Shown one piece after another: positions 1 to 11,300 of a stretch of 64,000 bases of DNA (position 1 is its first letter; every line of letters begins with the position of its first letter). The translations under genes and the position numbers were made by a program. The notes below the pieces were generated by a model. That model worked only from the letters and a program-made list of their open reading frames with translations. It did not search any database and was not told the DNA's origin. The DNA lies in contig CM120647.1 in the NCBI GenBank assembly GCA_051362555.1, forward strand, positions 13,182,651 through 13,246,650. The letters are read 5' to 3'. Origin of the DNA: Lingula anatina (taxonomy: Eukaryota > Animalia > Brachiopoda).

Positions 1-1387
1 CGCTTCACGGTAACGTATATATCGGTAACGTATGTATCATTTTAACGTAACAAAGAAGAATGAGCGACGTATAAATATGCTGCGCACATATACAACGTCG
101 CACGCATCCACAGAGTCTCGACAAAATACAACAAACAATGAAATCAGAAAACAATATCTTCATGTTATTTGGCAACGTATGTATTGATAATGCATCTATC
201 ATATAAATAATTTCAACAAACAGTTTTAAGACAAGTAATCTTTACTTGCCCTGTTTTTCTTTTTATTGTAATGTAGTATACCGTAAGACGGCGTTGGCCT
301 ATAAAACGAATTTTAGGATCGTGTGTCCCCTGCGAATATTGCGTGCAGTAGAATCTATGGAAATCGTAAAGTTAGAGGAAAGTCTGCCTTGCGAGGCAAG
401 GGCCAAATGAGATGTCATTTCAAGCAGGGACGCTAATTGCAAGGTGCGATGGCCGTGGAAATTGTACCCATATCTCGAGTTTATCTTGCTATCTGCGTGC
501 GTAGCAGGCACACACCACTATATTGAAGAGAAAGCAATGCACGGCGAATGTAGTTCCCTTTTGCCTCACACTTGCCTCACACGCTTGTGAGAACGCACTA
601 ACCGCGTACAACAGTTTTACCTACTGTTCTTCTTTTTTTCTTCTTCTTTCTACCCTTTAAGGTTTTTTCTTGCATTTTGTTGGCATATTAGAAGCTGAAA
701 TAAGCAAAATTTGAAAATTTTGAAAACTGTTGTACAGGTTGCACAGTTGTCGTTAATTGTCGAGACACGAGTGTGCGGCGTGAGTACATCTTTTATAATC
801 CTGGCATATGGGTGACGTGAGACGCACTTCCGCCCTGCTTTCGACTTTGATCGTTAGTTGTGAGGGCGTGCCGTGCGCTGCAATCAACACGAAAATAGCG
901 CCTGCGACGTGCGTCTTGGACCACGCATGCCCTACTTGCGAACTCCTTGCGAGCGAAGCAAGTTACGTTTGCGGCCTCGCTGTTCACAGATTATTCGTAG
1001 AATCTTTTGGACATGTCCAACATCCTTCGTACGTGCAAATTTCGCAAGAGGTACTTGCGTTGCACGTGAGATTCTGCGCAAAATTTGGACGCAAACAGAC
1101 CGTAAGTGTCTGTACGGCTGGTTCTGACCGAGGCTCATCTTCATGTTATTTGATAGGTATATGGTAACGTACGTGTCGGTAATGTATCAATGTATCATAT
1201 GAACATTTTTCACAGATAGTTGAAGGCAAGAAATATTTTCTGTCTCGTTTTCTATTTTTTAATGTAATATTAAGACATAAGTGTTGGCCCACCCAATGCA
1301 AGACAGCCGGTGTAAATAGAATAAATAAATATTTACACGCTTCACGGTAACGTATTTATCGGTAACGTGCGTATCATTTTAACGTAA
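1..1387. repeat. CpG-rich interspersed repeat with internal direct repeats (probably a transposon fragment, truncated by window start)
   Basis: 1-50 (CGCTTCACGGTAACGTATATATCGGTAACG...) recurs almost identically at 1338-1387; 171-300 resembles 1163-1290; no credible protein. Confidence 0.45.
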
Positions 1388-1620
1388 AGCCACCCATTTT
1401 TATTTTTATGGATGACATCCTCTGGGGACCCCTAAATCGGTGCGAGAGGGCGAAACAAAAAAACAGTTAAAAAATACTGCTTAGGTACACAGCAGCACAC
1501 AGCTGGAAATACAAATTTACCACAGAATCACGTATTAAACTAATAATATGTCTTTATTCATGCTCTCAAAATATTAAAGCATTGTGAATAATTCGTAGAA
1601 AGGAAAGGAAATTAATGTCA

Positions 1621-1697
<77 letters not shown>

Positions 1698-2423
1698 CTA
1701 TGCTGCATATTGCTAAATCTATTTAAAGTTATTTCATGCATTTCGTAACCGTTGGTATAGCAATCAATAAGACAAATATCAACTAACAGTTTGTCTTTAT
1801 TTGTACTCTCAAAATATTTTAAACATAATGAACACTTCACAGAAATGTTAAAAAAAAAATGAAAAGATATGCTTAATAATAACAAATCTATTAATCATTT
1901 CAGTCGATGCCATTTTGTTTACTTCGACTCGCACGAAGCAGCCAAACTGGCCTGTCCAACCTTCAGCCAACCAAATACCTCAACGGCCTTGCCCACCCTT
2001 TTTTCACTAAAAAAAAAAAAAAAAAAAAAGCCTGGTATGTGCCGCTTTGGACAGAATGTCATTGAAATTTTCCGGGCGATAATCGCTGGCCGCCGCCAGC
2101 CTTTCGTATGATTGTAAAAAGGTGATATCTCCATGCCCAATATCAATGGCATACCAATCCAAAACGACGGCCCCCGTTCTCTTTATGACTTTAATTGTCG
2201 TGTAATTTGAAAGTAATCCTAGAGATGAATTTGACTGCAAAGCAGCCATATTTCCACGCGGCGATAATACGCATGCGGAAAAAGCTCTTCGTTGAGGGTG
2301 TTTTTCTTATTCATTTTTATTATTTTATTTATTTATTTATTTATTTTTTTATTTTTTGGAGAACGGACGAAAATCGGTGCTCGCGCAGGATGTCATCCAT
2401 AAAGATAAAAAAAAAGTGTGGCC
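1388..2423. mobile_element. Non-autonomous TIR element (GGCC termini, TAA TSD; Zator/Harbinger-like MITE) containing a (TA)n tract
   Basis: Left AGCCACCCA-T-rich-TTTATGGATGACATCCT is the inverse of right AGGATGTCATCCATAAAGAT-A-rich-GTGTGGCC; flanked by TAA (1385-1387, 2424-2426). Confidence 0.6.
1625..1695. repeat. (TA)n microsatellite
   Basis: Directly visible. Confidence 0.95.
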
Positions 2424-2503
2424 TAATCAAACTCTTCAATGTTTGAATATCGGAGCACATCTACTGCAATTTGCCTGGATTGTGCCCGAGAGCAAACAGC
2501 TCT

Positions 2504-2535
2504 TCTCGCGAGATTTTTCGATAGCTGACCTTTTC
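2504..2535 (+). promoter_or_regulatory. Ribosomal-protein-type promoter: TCTCGCGAGA palindrome and TCT/5'TOP pyrimidine initiator
   Basis: TCTCGCGAGA at 2504-2513; CCTTTTC at 2529-2535, about 20 nt upstream of the rpS8 ATG. Confidence 0.7.
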
Positions 2536-2550
2536 ACGTTAGCTGCCATA

Positions 2551-5500
2551 ATGGGTAAATCCTGTGTTACTTACTTCAAATAAATCGTGTAAAATCTGCA
2601 CTTCAGACCAACATCTGTTATTGAGGGATATGTCGAAAGTTCGTTGATATTCATATTGTTCTTTGGTAGTCTCTAATTTATTCAGAGATTTTTATAAGAT
2701 GGAAAAGAACACTTTAAATTCTAGTTGAACTCCAGGCCGGAGTGCATGATCTCTCCACACAACATGTTTTTTGCTCACACTACCCGTACCGCGTCTTTGG
2801 TTTAGTTTCACGAGTCACGAGATAATAGTACCCGCAACATTCATTTATTTGTTTCTATTGGTTTAGTATTAAAATGGCAACATGACGTTAACTTTAATCT
2901 TTGACATTGACCAAAAAGTAAGAAGGGGGCGACGATGTATATCTAGAGAACATTTAGGTCTGCAGTAAATCCATTCAGGCATTTTACGAGACCTTACTGT
3001 CATATTCCAGGTATTTCCCGAGACAAATGGCATAAGAGGAGGTCCACGGGTGGGCGTATGATCCCACTCCGTAAGAAGAGGAAGTTTGAGTTGGGAAGAC
3101 CCCCTGCACACACCAAGGTATGGTGGCAAAGCCAACGCAAACTTTTAAGAAAGCGGCTGCTGGAGTCGTATATTGGAGTTTTCTCGTTTTAGCTCGAATA
3201 TCCCTATGAGGTCACTGTTTCTGGGATAAGTCAGTACATCTAATAAAAGTTACATGAAAGCATCCTTGAAGTGGTATTTTTGCATATGTTGGGTTTTATA
3301 TATGTGTGTGTGTGTATGTATTGCATATGTATTTAGTCAGCATTGTAAACACTAATGGGGGGAGGGGCCAATTTAGATTCTTAGGTCCTGGCAGCTCAAA
3401 AAATCGGTTAGATTGAAACATTTAGCCTTCACACTGGATATTAATCCAGAGACATTTTCTTTTCCAGCTCGGAGGCAAGCGTATCCACACTGTGCGAACA
3501 CGTGGTGGTAACAAAAAGTTCAGAGCTCTAAGGCTGGACACTGGCAACTTCTCCTGGGGCTCTGAAGGTAAGACTGACCTCCTAGTGCAGGGTTTTAAAA
3601 AAAAACCTCTATTAATGTATGAACTATAAATAATATGACTGATTTATTTCCTGGGCCCGATGTTTTTATAGCGCAGGGTGGAAAAAAATCTAATTCTAGT
3701 ATTGCATTGATTTGAATGAAGGTGGCCGGTTTTAGTTAGAGTTCAATCTTTTCCTCCATTAAGTTTCAAATTTAAGAAAAATATTATTATTTTTATAGGA
3801 CTTTAACTTTGGAAAACAGTGGGGCTTGAATACTGGACATAATATATTACAGGATGAAGTGAAGACACTGATAATGTTGCTCTTGTCCAATTTGATGTCC
3901 AGTCATTTTGTGTTGAAATACCTGAATGAGATACTTTCATAAGAAGTATATTGCAGTTTTAGTCTGAGTTGGGGTTTGAAAACTTAGACATAAAAACATG
4001 GAAATTTTTCAAATGCATGTAGCATATTTTTAATGGCGTCCTTTTGGTTTTCAGCCATCACAAGGAAAACTAGGATAATTGATGTGCTCTACAATGCCTC
4101 CAACAATGAGTTGGTCCGTACCAAGACCCTCGTCAAGAGTGCCATCGTCCAGATAGATGCCACGCCCCTGAGACAGTGGTACGAGGCTCATTACTGTGCC
4201 CCTCTTGGTCGCAAGAAGGGAGTGAAACTGGTGAGTTTGAGCTTTCTTACTTCAGGGTAGAGCAAAACATTATTTCCCTGCTATTAATAAATTTAAAAAT
4301 GTTGAGAGAACAGTTTCATTGGCTCTGTATGTATAAATTTAAATTATTGTTTTTCTTTTTATCAAGAGCTTAAAAAAAACAATAATTTAAAATTAATAAA
4401 TAATGTATTTAGTTTTGACTTTAACTTTCTGTGAGCTAGCATTTTGAATTGCAAAAGTAAGATTGGCTCTGCTCCATATAATAGCATTATACTACGAGTA
4501 ATTTGGTTTGGGTGACCTATGTTGGACTATGTATTTACTTGCCCTCATCTTGTGGCTAGTGCTTCAAACACAAAAATGATTAAAATTTATACTAATTAGC
4601 ATTAATTACTAGTAGTCAAGTTGTTGTTGGTACTACTTAAGTACATATGTAAAGAAGGCTCTCGTCGTTTAAGGATTTTAGACAATAGTTATTTTGGATT
4701 TATTATTGGTATTTGAAATGTTTGTCCTGTGTACATATGCCTGATGCATTTCCCCCCCTCTGTCTTTCAGTCAGAGCAAGAAGAGGCAGCTTTGAACAAG
4801 AAACGCTCCAAGAAGACCCAGAAGAAGTACGATGAGAGGAAGAAAGTGGCCAAAGTAGAGCAGGCCTTGGAAGAACAGTTTATGACTGGGAGAGTCATGG
4901 GTGAGTAGAGACGATGAGAAATAGTTTTAAAATAATTTAAAATTATTGTTAATTAAAGAAATGGAAGACTTCTGATCAAGGTGTTGGATGATGAGCTTGG
5001 AGATTGTTTTTAAAAAAACTTGATTTTTTTTGTCAGCATTTGTTGCAAATTATGGTAGTATTGCCGTGTCTTAAAATTTCATTTAAAGTTCCATGTATCA
5101 TGGAAAAACATAACTACAAAACTTTAAATAGAATTTGCATACTTACCTTTAATTTGCTTTTAACTAAAATTTTTGCATAACTGACGAGAAAAGTTATAAA
5201 AATTTATAAATACCTAGAACTCGTGGTGAATTTTAGTGACAGTTACTTGTCTATTCCCTTGATTGAACACTGTCCAAGCCAACTAGTCCAACCAGATGAA
5301 TGAAACTGCAGGCTAGATGATGATAGTTATCAGGCAGATAGAGGTTGTTGCTGTTATAGCAATAAAAAAACCTCTGAAGTGATGCCTCCTTGTCATAGTT
5401 ACACTGATAGTCGCAGTAAAAATTAAACTGGTTCTTATTGGTTCTTATTTCCATATTAAACTCAGACAGAGCCTTTTCTGCGGAATCATGGAATTTTGCT

Positions 5501-6108
5501 TTTTTACAAGACCCCAGAGCAATTAAACCCCAAAAATTTACATTAGGTGTTTGGTTCCACAATAAATGTTCAGAGTTTATCTCTAAGACCTGGGCTTGTG
5601 TCTAAAACTTGATTTTCATTAATTATTAGATTACAGTCCTTGAGAAGGGAAAGTGATAGTTTGTGATAGATTACTGTACTTCAGCTGACAGGAACATTTA
5701 TAATATCACTTAAAATAGGATAGCATGACTGAAGATATGGAGGAATATTGTTGATATGGTATTTATTTAGTCCATGAATAAAGCTATTAATATAAAAGCA
5801 TCACAGTAAAAAAAAAAAAAGCATGCAATATTTCCTGATGCTAGGACAGTTTATGGAATTTAAAATCTATCCCTACAAATTAATAAATGGGTATTTCTTT
5901 ATAAGTCATCTCCAACAAGTCAGTCAGTACATATTTATTGAATAGTTTTTCTTTGCATTTGTTAGTTTGAACTTATGGTTCTTATTGTTTCGTTTCAGCT
6001 GCGATCTCTTCACGTCCTGGCCAATGTGGCAGATGTGATGGGTATGTTCTGGAAGGAAAAGAACTAGAATTCTATTTGAGAAAGATCAAGCAGAAGAAGG
6101 GCAAATAG
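2551..6108 (+). CDS. RPS8: 40S ribosomal protein S8 (eS8), 208 aa
   Basis: Exons 2551-2554, 3011-3117, 3468-3567, 4055-4230, 4771-4900, 5999-6108 (627 nt, all GT-AG). Translation [16 protein letters not shown]...[12 protein letters not shown]...[28 protein letters not shown]...[33 protein letters not shown]. Confidence 0.97.
5312..5411 (+). ncRNA. SNORD46: Box C/D snoRNA, SNORD46 (U46/snR63)-like, in rpS8 intron 5
   Basis: C box ATGATGA 5317-5323, D box CTGA 5404-5407, terminal stem CTGC.GGCTA/TAGTCGCAG. Guide GTCATAGTTAC is complementary to the conserved 28S GUAACUAUGAC; 3' end CTTGTCATAGTTACACTGA matches my recollection of human SNORD46, which is also RPS8-hosted. Confidence 0.85.
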
Positions 6109-6328
6109 ACTGAAAAATAATGACCAACCAATTTCATTCTGTAAAAACTTGAGAGAAAAAAGAAGAATATGTATTAAGAATAAAAAATGTGAACTGAGCC
6201 ATTTTGTTGCTTTTTTTTTCTTTGTGGAAAGATAATGAGCAATTCTTTGAAGGAACTTCAATTAGTTTTTACGTGTAGGACAATATTACGATAGTGGAAA
6301 ATACTTTCAATCCTTGGAATTATAATAA

Positions 6329-6598
6329 AGTAGAAAAGCACTCAGAGCGCAGACCTCTGCCAGGGCACCGACGTCTCCATCCAATGCCCTTTCACCCCAA
6401 AGTTTTCATTCTGTAATGGTTTTGTTTTTTTATTATTATTGATTATTGGTTGATTATTGATCACCACCAAAAACTAATCACTTCTAAGTAAATCTATTTC
6501 TGACCTACCCTGGAAGTTTCATCAAAATCGGTCGTAACTTTTTGAGTGATGTTGATGACAAACAAACGGGTGAAAACAACCTCCTTGGCGGAGGTAAT
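6329..6598 (-). mobile_element. Helentron/Helitron-associated non-autonomous element (HINE-like)
   Basis: Minus strand starts ATTACCTCCGCCAAGGAGG; other end has the inverted subterminal copy, palindrome GCGCTCTGAGTGC and a CTAC/CTAG-like end. Confidence 0.6.
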
Positions 6599-7505
6599 AA
6601 AAGATATTTCATGGTGGAAAATTTCTGTCATTGAAACCGCAATACCTACCCACTTCTGTGATATACGATCATCTCAGAAATAGACCCCTCCCTCCCCACC
6701 ACGTGCAGGAGACAAAAATTGGCCATGGACATATCTATTGAATATCTAGTGAAAATTGAATCTCTGGCCTTGGTAGAGGGACCCCCACCCCCCACCCCCT
6801 CTGCAATATGCTGGCTACAGACCCCCACCACCTTTGTCTAAATGAAGTTTTAAAAAACTTGTAAATAATGTGCCTGAAATTATTTAACTTATCACGGAAG
6901 GGGTGATAAATCGTTTCCTCAGAATAACCATGTCTTGTTTCAAGCACACACACACACACAACCCCAAAAAATCCCTGAAATTGATTTTCATTCCAGAGTT
7001 GTTAAATTTTCTTCAAGCTAAGGGCAAAGTCAACTATACTTATTCATGACATTAATCTAATAATTTCTTTTTTTTTTTCGAATCCATTACCACACATGTA
7101 GAATGTGCAATATGATTACTTGGCCTTTCTAAACTCAAAATGTATGATAGGCCTACACGTGTACCTTTATAAGGTCACTTTCATTTTACCTCTCTTTATA
7201 TTTTTTAACATTTGGCAGTTTGCAGAAAGAGCAGTCAGGTTCTAAGTTGGAATTATTAACTTCGAGTAAAACAGCATTTTTAGGCAGAATTTTTGTCTAC
7301 AAAAAGAACGTCTCACGTTTTTAACCACACAGTGACATAACAAAGAAAAATTAAACGTTTATAGAAATATTAAGAAATACTTTCACGTTTAAAGTCACAT
7401 CTACTGTCCCTTTAAATCTAAAAAATAAAACAAATTCTGCTGGGTTTAAAGGCAAACATTGAATAATTAATTTTGAATGAATTTTTTGGCTAGTGCGTGC
7501 ACAAT

Positions 7506-7624
7506 ATGACGTCATGCAACCTTTGTAAAGGGCATGTACTTCCCACAATGCATTTCACCTCAATATGTCGTTCGCCATGATTGGTAATTGAAAGGGAACC
7601 TTCCTAAAATCTGGAGTCATCGAG
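7506..7624 (+). promoter_or_regulatory. Putative pumilio promoter / first non-coding exon
   Basis: CRE palindrome ATGACGTCAT 7506-7515, inverted CCAAT ~7580, CpG enrichment. Donor GAG|GTTAGT at 7624/5 pairs with branch point CTAAC and acceptor TTGCAG| at 7873. Confidence 0.45.
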
Positions 7625-7911
7625 GTTAGTGCATACGATTCTTGTTAAAATTTCCATTGTTATTTGTTAAGCGAATCTCGCTGCAAAATTAAGATCAGTT
7701 TTAGCTTGCAATATAGCGTTAAGTTCGAGTAAATTCGTCCCAAATGTGAGCGATCCCAGGGGAAGTCGCCATGTTTTGATTCGACAAAGAAACACGAAGG
7801 GGGCCTTTACTAAGAGCTAAACGAAAGTAGCGAGAGCGTCTCAAACCTAACAAATCCCCGACGCTTGTTGCAGGTGTGGAAGCATGAACGGTAGGACACT
7901 CTAAACTCAAC

Positions 7912-8277
7912 ATGCACCAAGGAAGTTCCTGGGACGATAGCGTGATGTTGGCCAATGGGGGCCCGGACGTGCAGAGAGGGGGGCACCACCACCACCATCA
8001 CCCTGGCATGACCCGAAGCAAGGACGACGCGATGGTAGCATACTTCTTTCAGCGGCCACAGCCCGACACTGAGCTCATGGGGTCAACCAAACGCTGGGCG
8101 GGCGGGGACGACAGTGTGATTGAACAAGGAATCAAGGTGTGTATTTTACACCTGTGTTTATTTGGGTTCTCGTTATGTGGGCCCTTTTCACATTGGGGTC
8201 CCTTTCTGTTAATATTTTTGTGGACTTAGTTGGGTATACCCCCTCCCCCATATCAATAATAATATACATTGAAACAA

Positions 8278-8309
<32 letters not shown>

Positions 8310-11300
8310 TTCACATGCAGGCATGTGCACACACATGCACGCATTATTTAACAAGGTACCGTACAAAACATTCAGTTTGTTTTTAAATCCATTAGAGAAA
8401 GAAAAAGAGAACAGATGGGGAGAGCCTGTGCCATTCCCAAACCCTCACTGGTAGGAGTGTTAGCTCTATAATGAGTGACATATATTTACAGGTGCTTGCA
8501 CTTTGCCAACATTTCAGTTTCATTGTTGACATAACAAAATTGCAGCCACAAGTACTCCAGTGATTTCTCCATTGGAGCAGTAAATGGAGTAATTTAGCTT
8601 TTTTGCCTGGAAAGATAATTGACAATTCTTTGAATGAAATGTTTTTCACTTTCAAGATTAAAATGTGATATTCCCCTCGTGGTGCCAAAATTGTAAAGAA
8701 AGTTTTGAAGTGAAAAAAAGTTTTTTCTCATTGAATAATAGTTTAATTTTGAGCCACAGTTTAATAGGAAAAGAAAACGAAGATATAAGGAGGAAGGCAT
8801 GGTAGTTGTACATGACAAAAGAGTTTTACTTTTCATATTAGGTATGAAGATACACAAAATTGGTTTAAAGTTGAACAGAGACTGAACTGTTTTATTCATC
8901 TGAACATTCATTCTGTTTTATTTCATTGTCAGCATCCAAGAACAATTATTTTAATTTCTTGCAGCTCCGCACCGGAGCCATTGGCGTGGAAGAGCTAGAG
9001 AGAGATTTTCACCATCACATGTCGCTGGATAGGGATGTAAGTACTTCCGAAAATAAACAGGTCCTCATGTGACAGGAATATTGCAAGATCTCAATTCTTT
9101 TTCCCATTACTTTATGTTATGTTGATCTAGATGCTATGGGCTAACCCTAACCTGTTCTGTTATCACATGGGGACACAGGACACGCATTCCTATGACTACC
9201 ATTCGTGTCACACTGGTTAACCCTAACCCTTATTTATCACATAGGAGCCTGGGACACCACTTCCATTCCTGGGAGTACCAGGTTCCTGTCAAATTCCACC
9301 CCCCTCCCCCCCCCCCCCCCCCTTCTGCCAAATGCTGATGAGCAGTGTTGGATACAGACCATTTTCATTACTGTAGATAATATATGCTTTTCATTTTATT
9401 ATGTTTTCTTGATTTACAAATAGGCCTACTGAAAATTTTAGTTTAGACATGCGCTTCAAAAGAAAAGAGTTTGGATTTAGACAACAGACTAGTTGTTAAT
9501 TTAAACTAAATGTTCCATTGGGAATGCCGGGATATCTCAAGTATGTTTCTTCTCATTGATAAATGTGCTTGGTATTTATGAATATGAGAAAGGTACCATT
9601 TAGCAGTAAATGTTTAACATGTCCAAGGCATATAAACAATAGTATTTGTGATGTTAAATGAATTGAAATTAGATATTTGTATTGATCAAATTGAAGTTGA
9701 TCATCTGAAAAGGCAAGTGTGACAAAGTAGGCCAAATGTCTATAAGGAGATAACACATGGGTGGCAACCATGTTAATTTCTAAATCTGAACAGTGTCAAA
9801 AAACTGTATTTTATAAGTTTTTCTTTTTAGCCATAAGTTCTATAAATTACAACAGTTCTGCTGTGGGGTAAGTGTAAAAATAAAATGGAAAAGATGACTA
9901 ACTTACATATAGATCCATTTTATTCATCAAAAGAGCCACGCATGCTATAGTGAAGTATATTTTAGATGATTACAAAAATTATGGATCTCAAAAATTGTTA
10001 ATTTTCCCCATTGAAAAGATCCAGTCCATTTTTCTCCATTTGAAAAGATTGAGTCATTACTGTAGGTATTCTTTTCACTTCTTTCAGTTAAATGCATGTA
10101 AAGGTATGAGTCTTCAATGATATAGTCATTATATTGTTATATTTCCTCGCAGTTAAATTATTTGCCATTGGCTAAAAGGCTAAATCTTTTTTGAAGATGA
10201 TTGGCATCAAAGTCAGTTTGCCTCTAGACATATTGTATGATGGCAAATGCTAGTGGCATGTTTAGTATATGACTGAAAAAGCAAGTGTCCAATTCACTCA
10301 CAACTAAATAACTGAGACAGTTAGTGTACTCCAGCCTCACTTTATCATACTGAACATGTAGATAAAATTTTGGTCAGATAGCGAAGAAAATTAACTTAAC
10401 CCCATAGGATCCAGTTAATGCTGACCCATAAAGTTCTGCTGTGCCCAATTAATTCTGTGAGCTAGCCTTGAAAAGCCGGGTCACTTCAGTAAATTGGCCA
10501 TAATTTATTTGTTTGCCTTTATTACCCATGCAAAGTATACATTTTTAAAAAGCCAACATTTCAAGCTAAATAAAAATAGAATTACATTTAAATTCAACGC
10601 GCTGTACAAAGAATTATGGCCGGTTAAAAACTACAGTTTCATTTGATAATGGGTGAAATAAAACAAAGTTGATTTATCTTATGCACATCAATTTTTTATT
10701 TCTCCATAAATTTGCCTGAAAATTCACAGAGACGATGTCAATTATAGTAACTTTCAATCCAGGAAATTTCAGCAAGTTATCTTCATTAATTTCCAAGTTA
10801 TGCTCGTTTTGCTACCAGGTATACCTACTTGAGCCAGCTTTTCAGCTCACCTAAACATCGTGGCCAGAGCTGAATAGAAGTCAATTTTTAACACCATCTA
10901 TGGCAAAAACATCTTTAAAACTTTTATCATGAATAAAGGAATATATTCCCCTCTGTCTATATCATTGTCACTCGAAAACACCTGATCAGTGTCGTAGTTT
11001 TCAATCATTTCAATAACAGTATCCACTCGCAGGCCTCTTCCGTAGTGAGAAGTCGCCATTTTGATTTTACTTTCTTCAGTTAAGTCTAGGAAATAGCCGA
11101 TTTCTCGCTCATATATATTTCTATCGTCCTTTATATCATAAATAAATGAATATCATCGTCACTGTCCATGTCACTGTCACACGAAAACTTCTCATCAAAG
11201 TCCGAGTTTTCAATCATTTCAATAACAGTATCCCTTCGCAGGTCCCTACCGTAGTGAGGAGCGGCCATCTTGATTTTACTTTCTCCACCTAAGTCTTGAA

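Noticed and set aside
808-1167. 119-aa and overlapping ORFs near window start
   Set aside because: GC-rich repeat interior with no recognisable domain or splice structure
3832-3903. Stem-closed (ACTGGACAT/ATGTCCAGT) C/D snoRNA candidate in rpS8 intron 3
   Set aside because: No properly placed C box and no recognisable rRNA guide
9140-9290. CTAACCCTAAC(C) as a telomerase RNA template or interstitial telomere
   Set aside because: It occurs twice as part of a degenerate ~78-bp tandem duplication; no pseudoknot or H/ACA domain recognised
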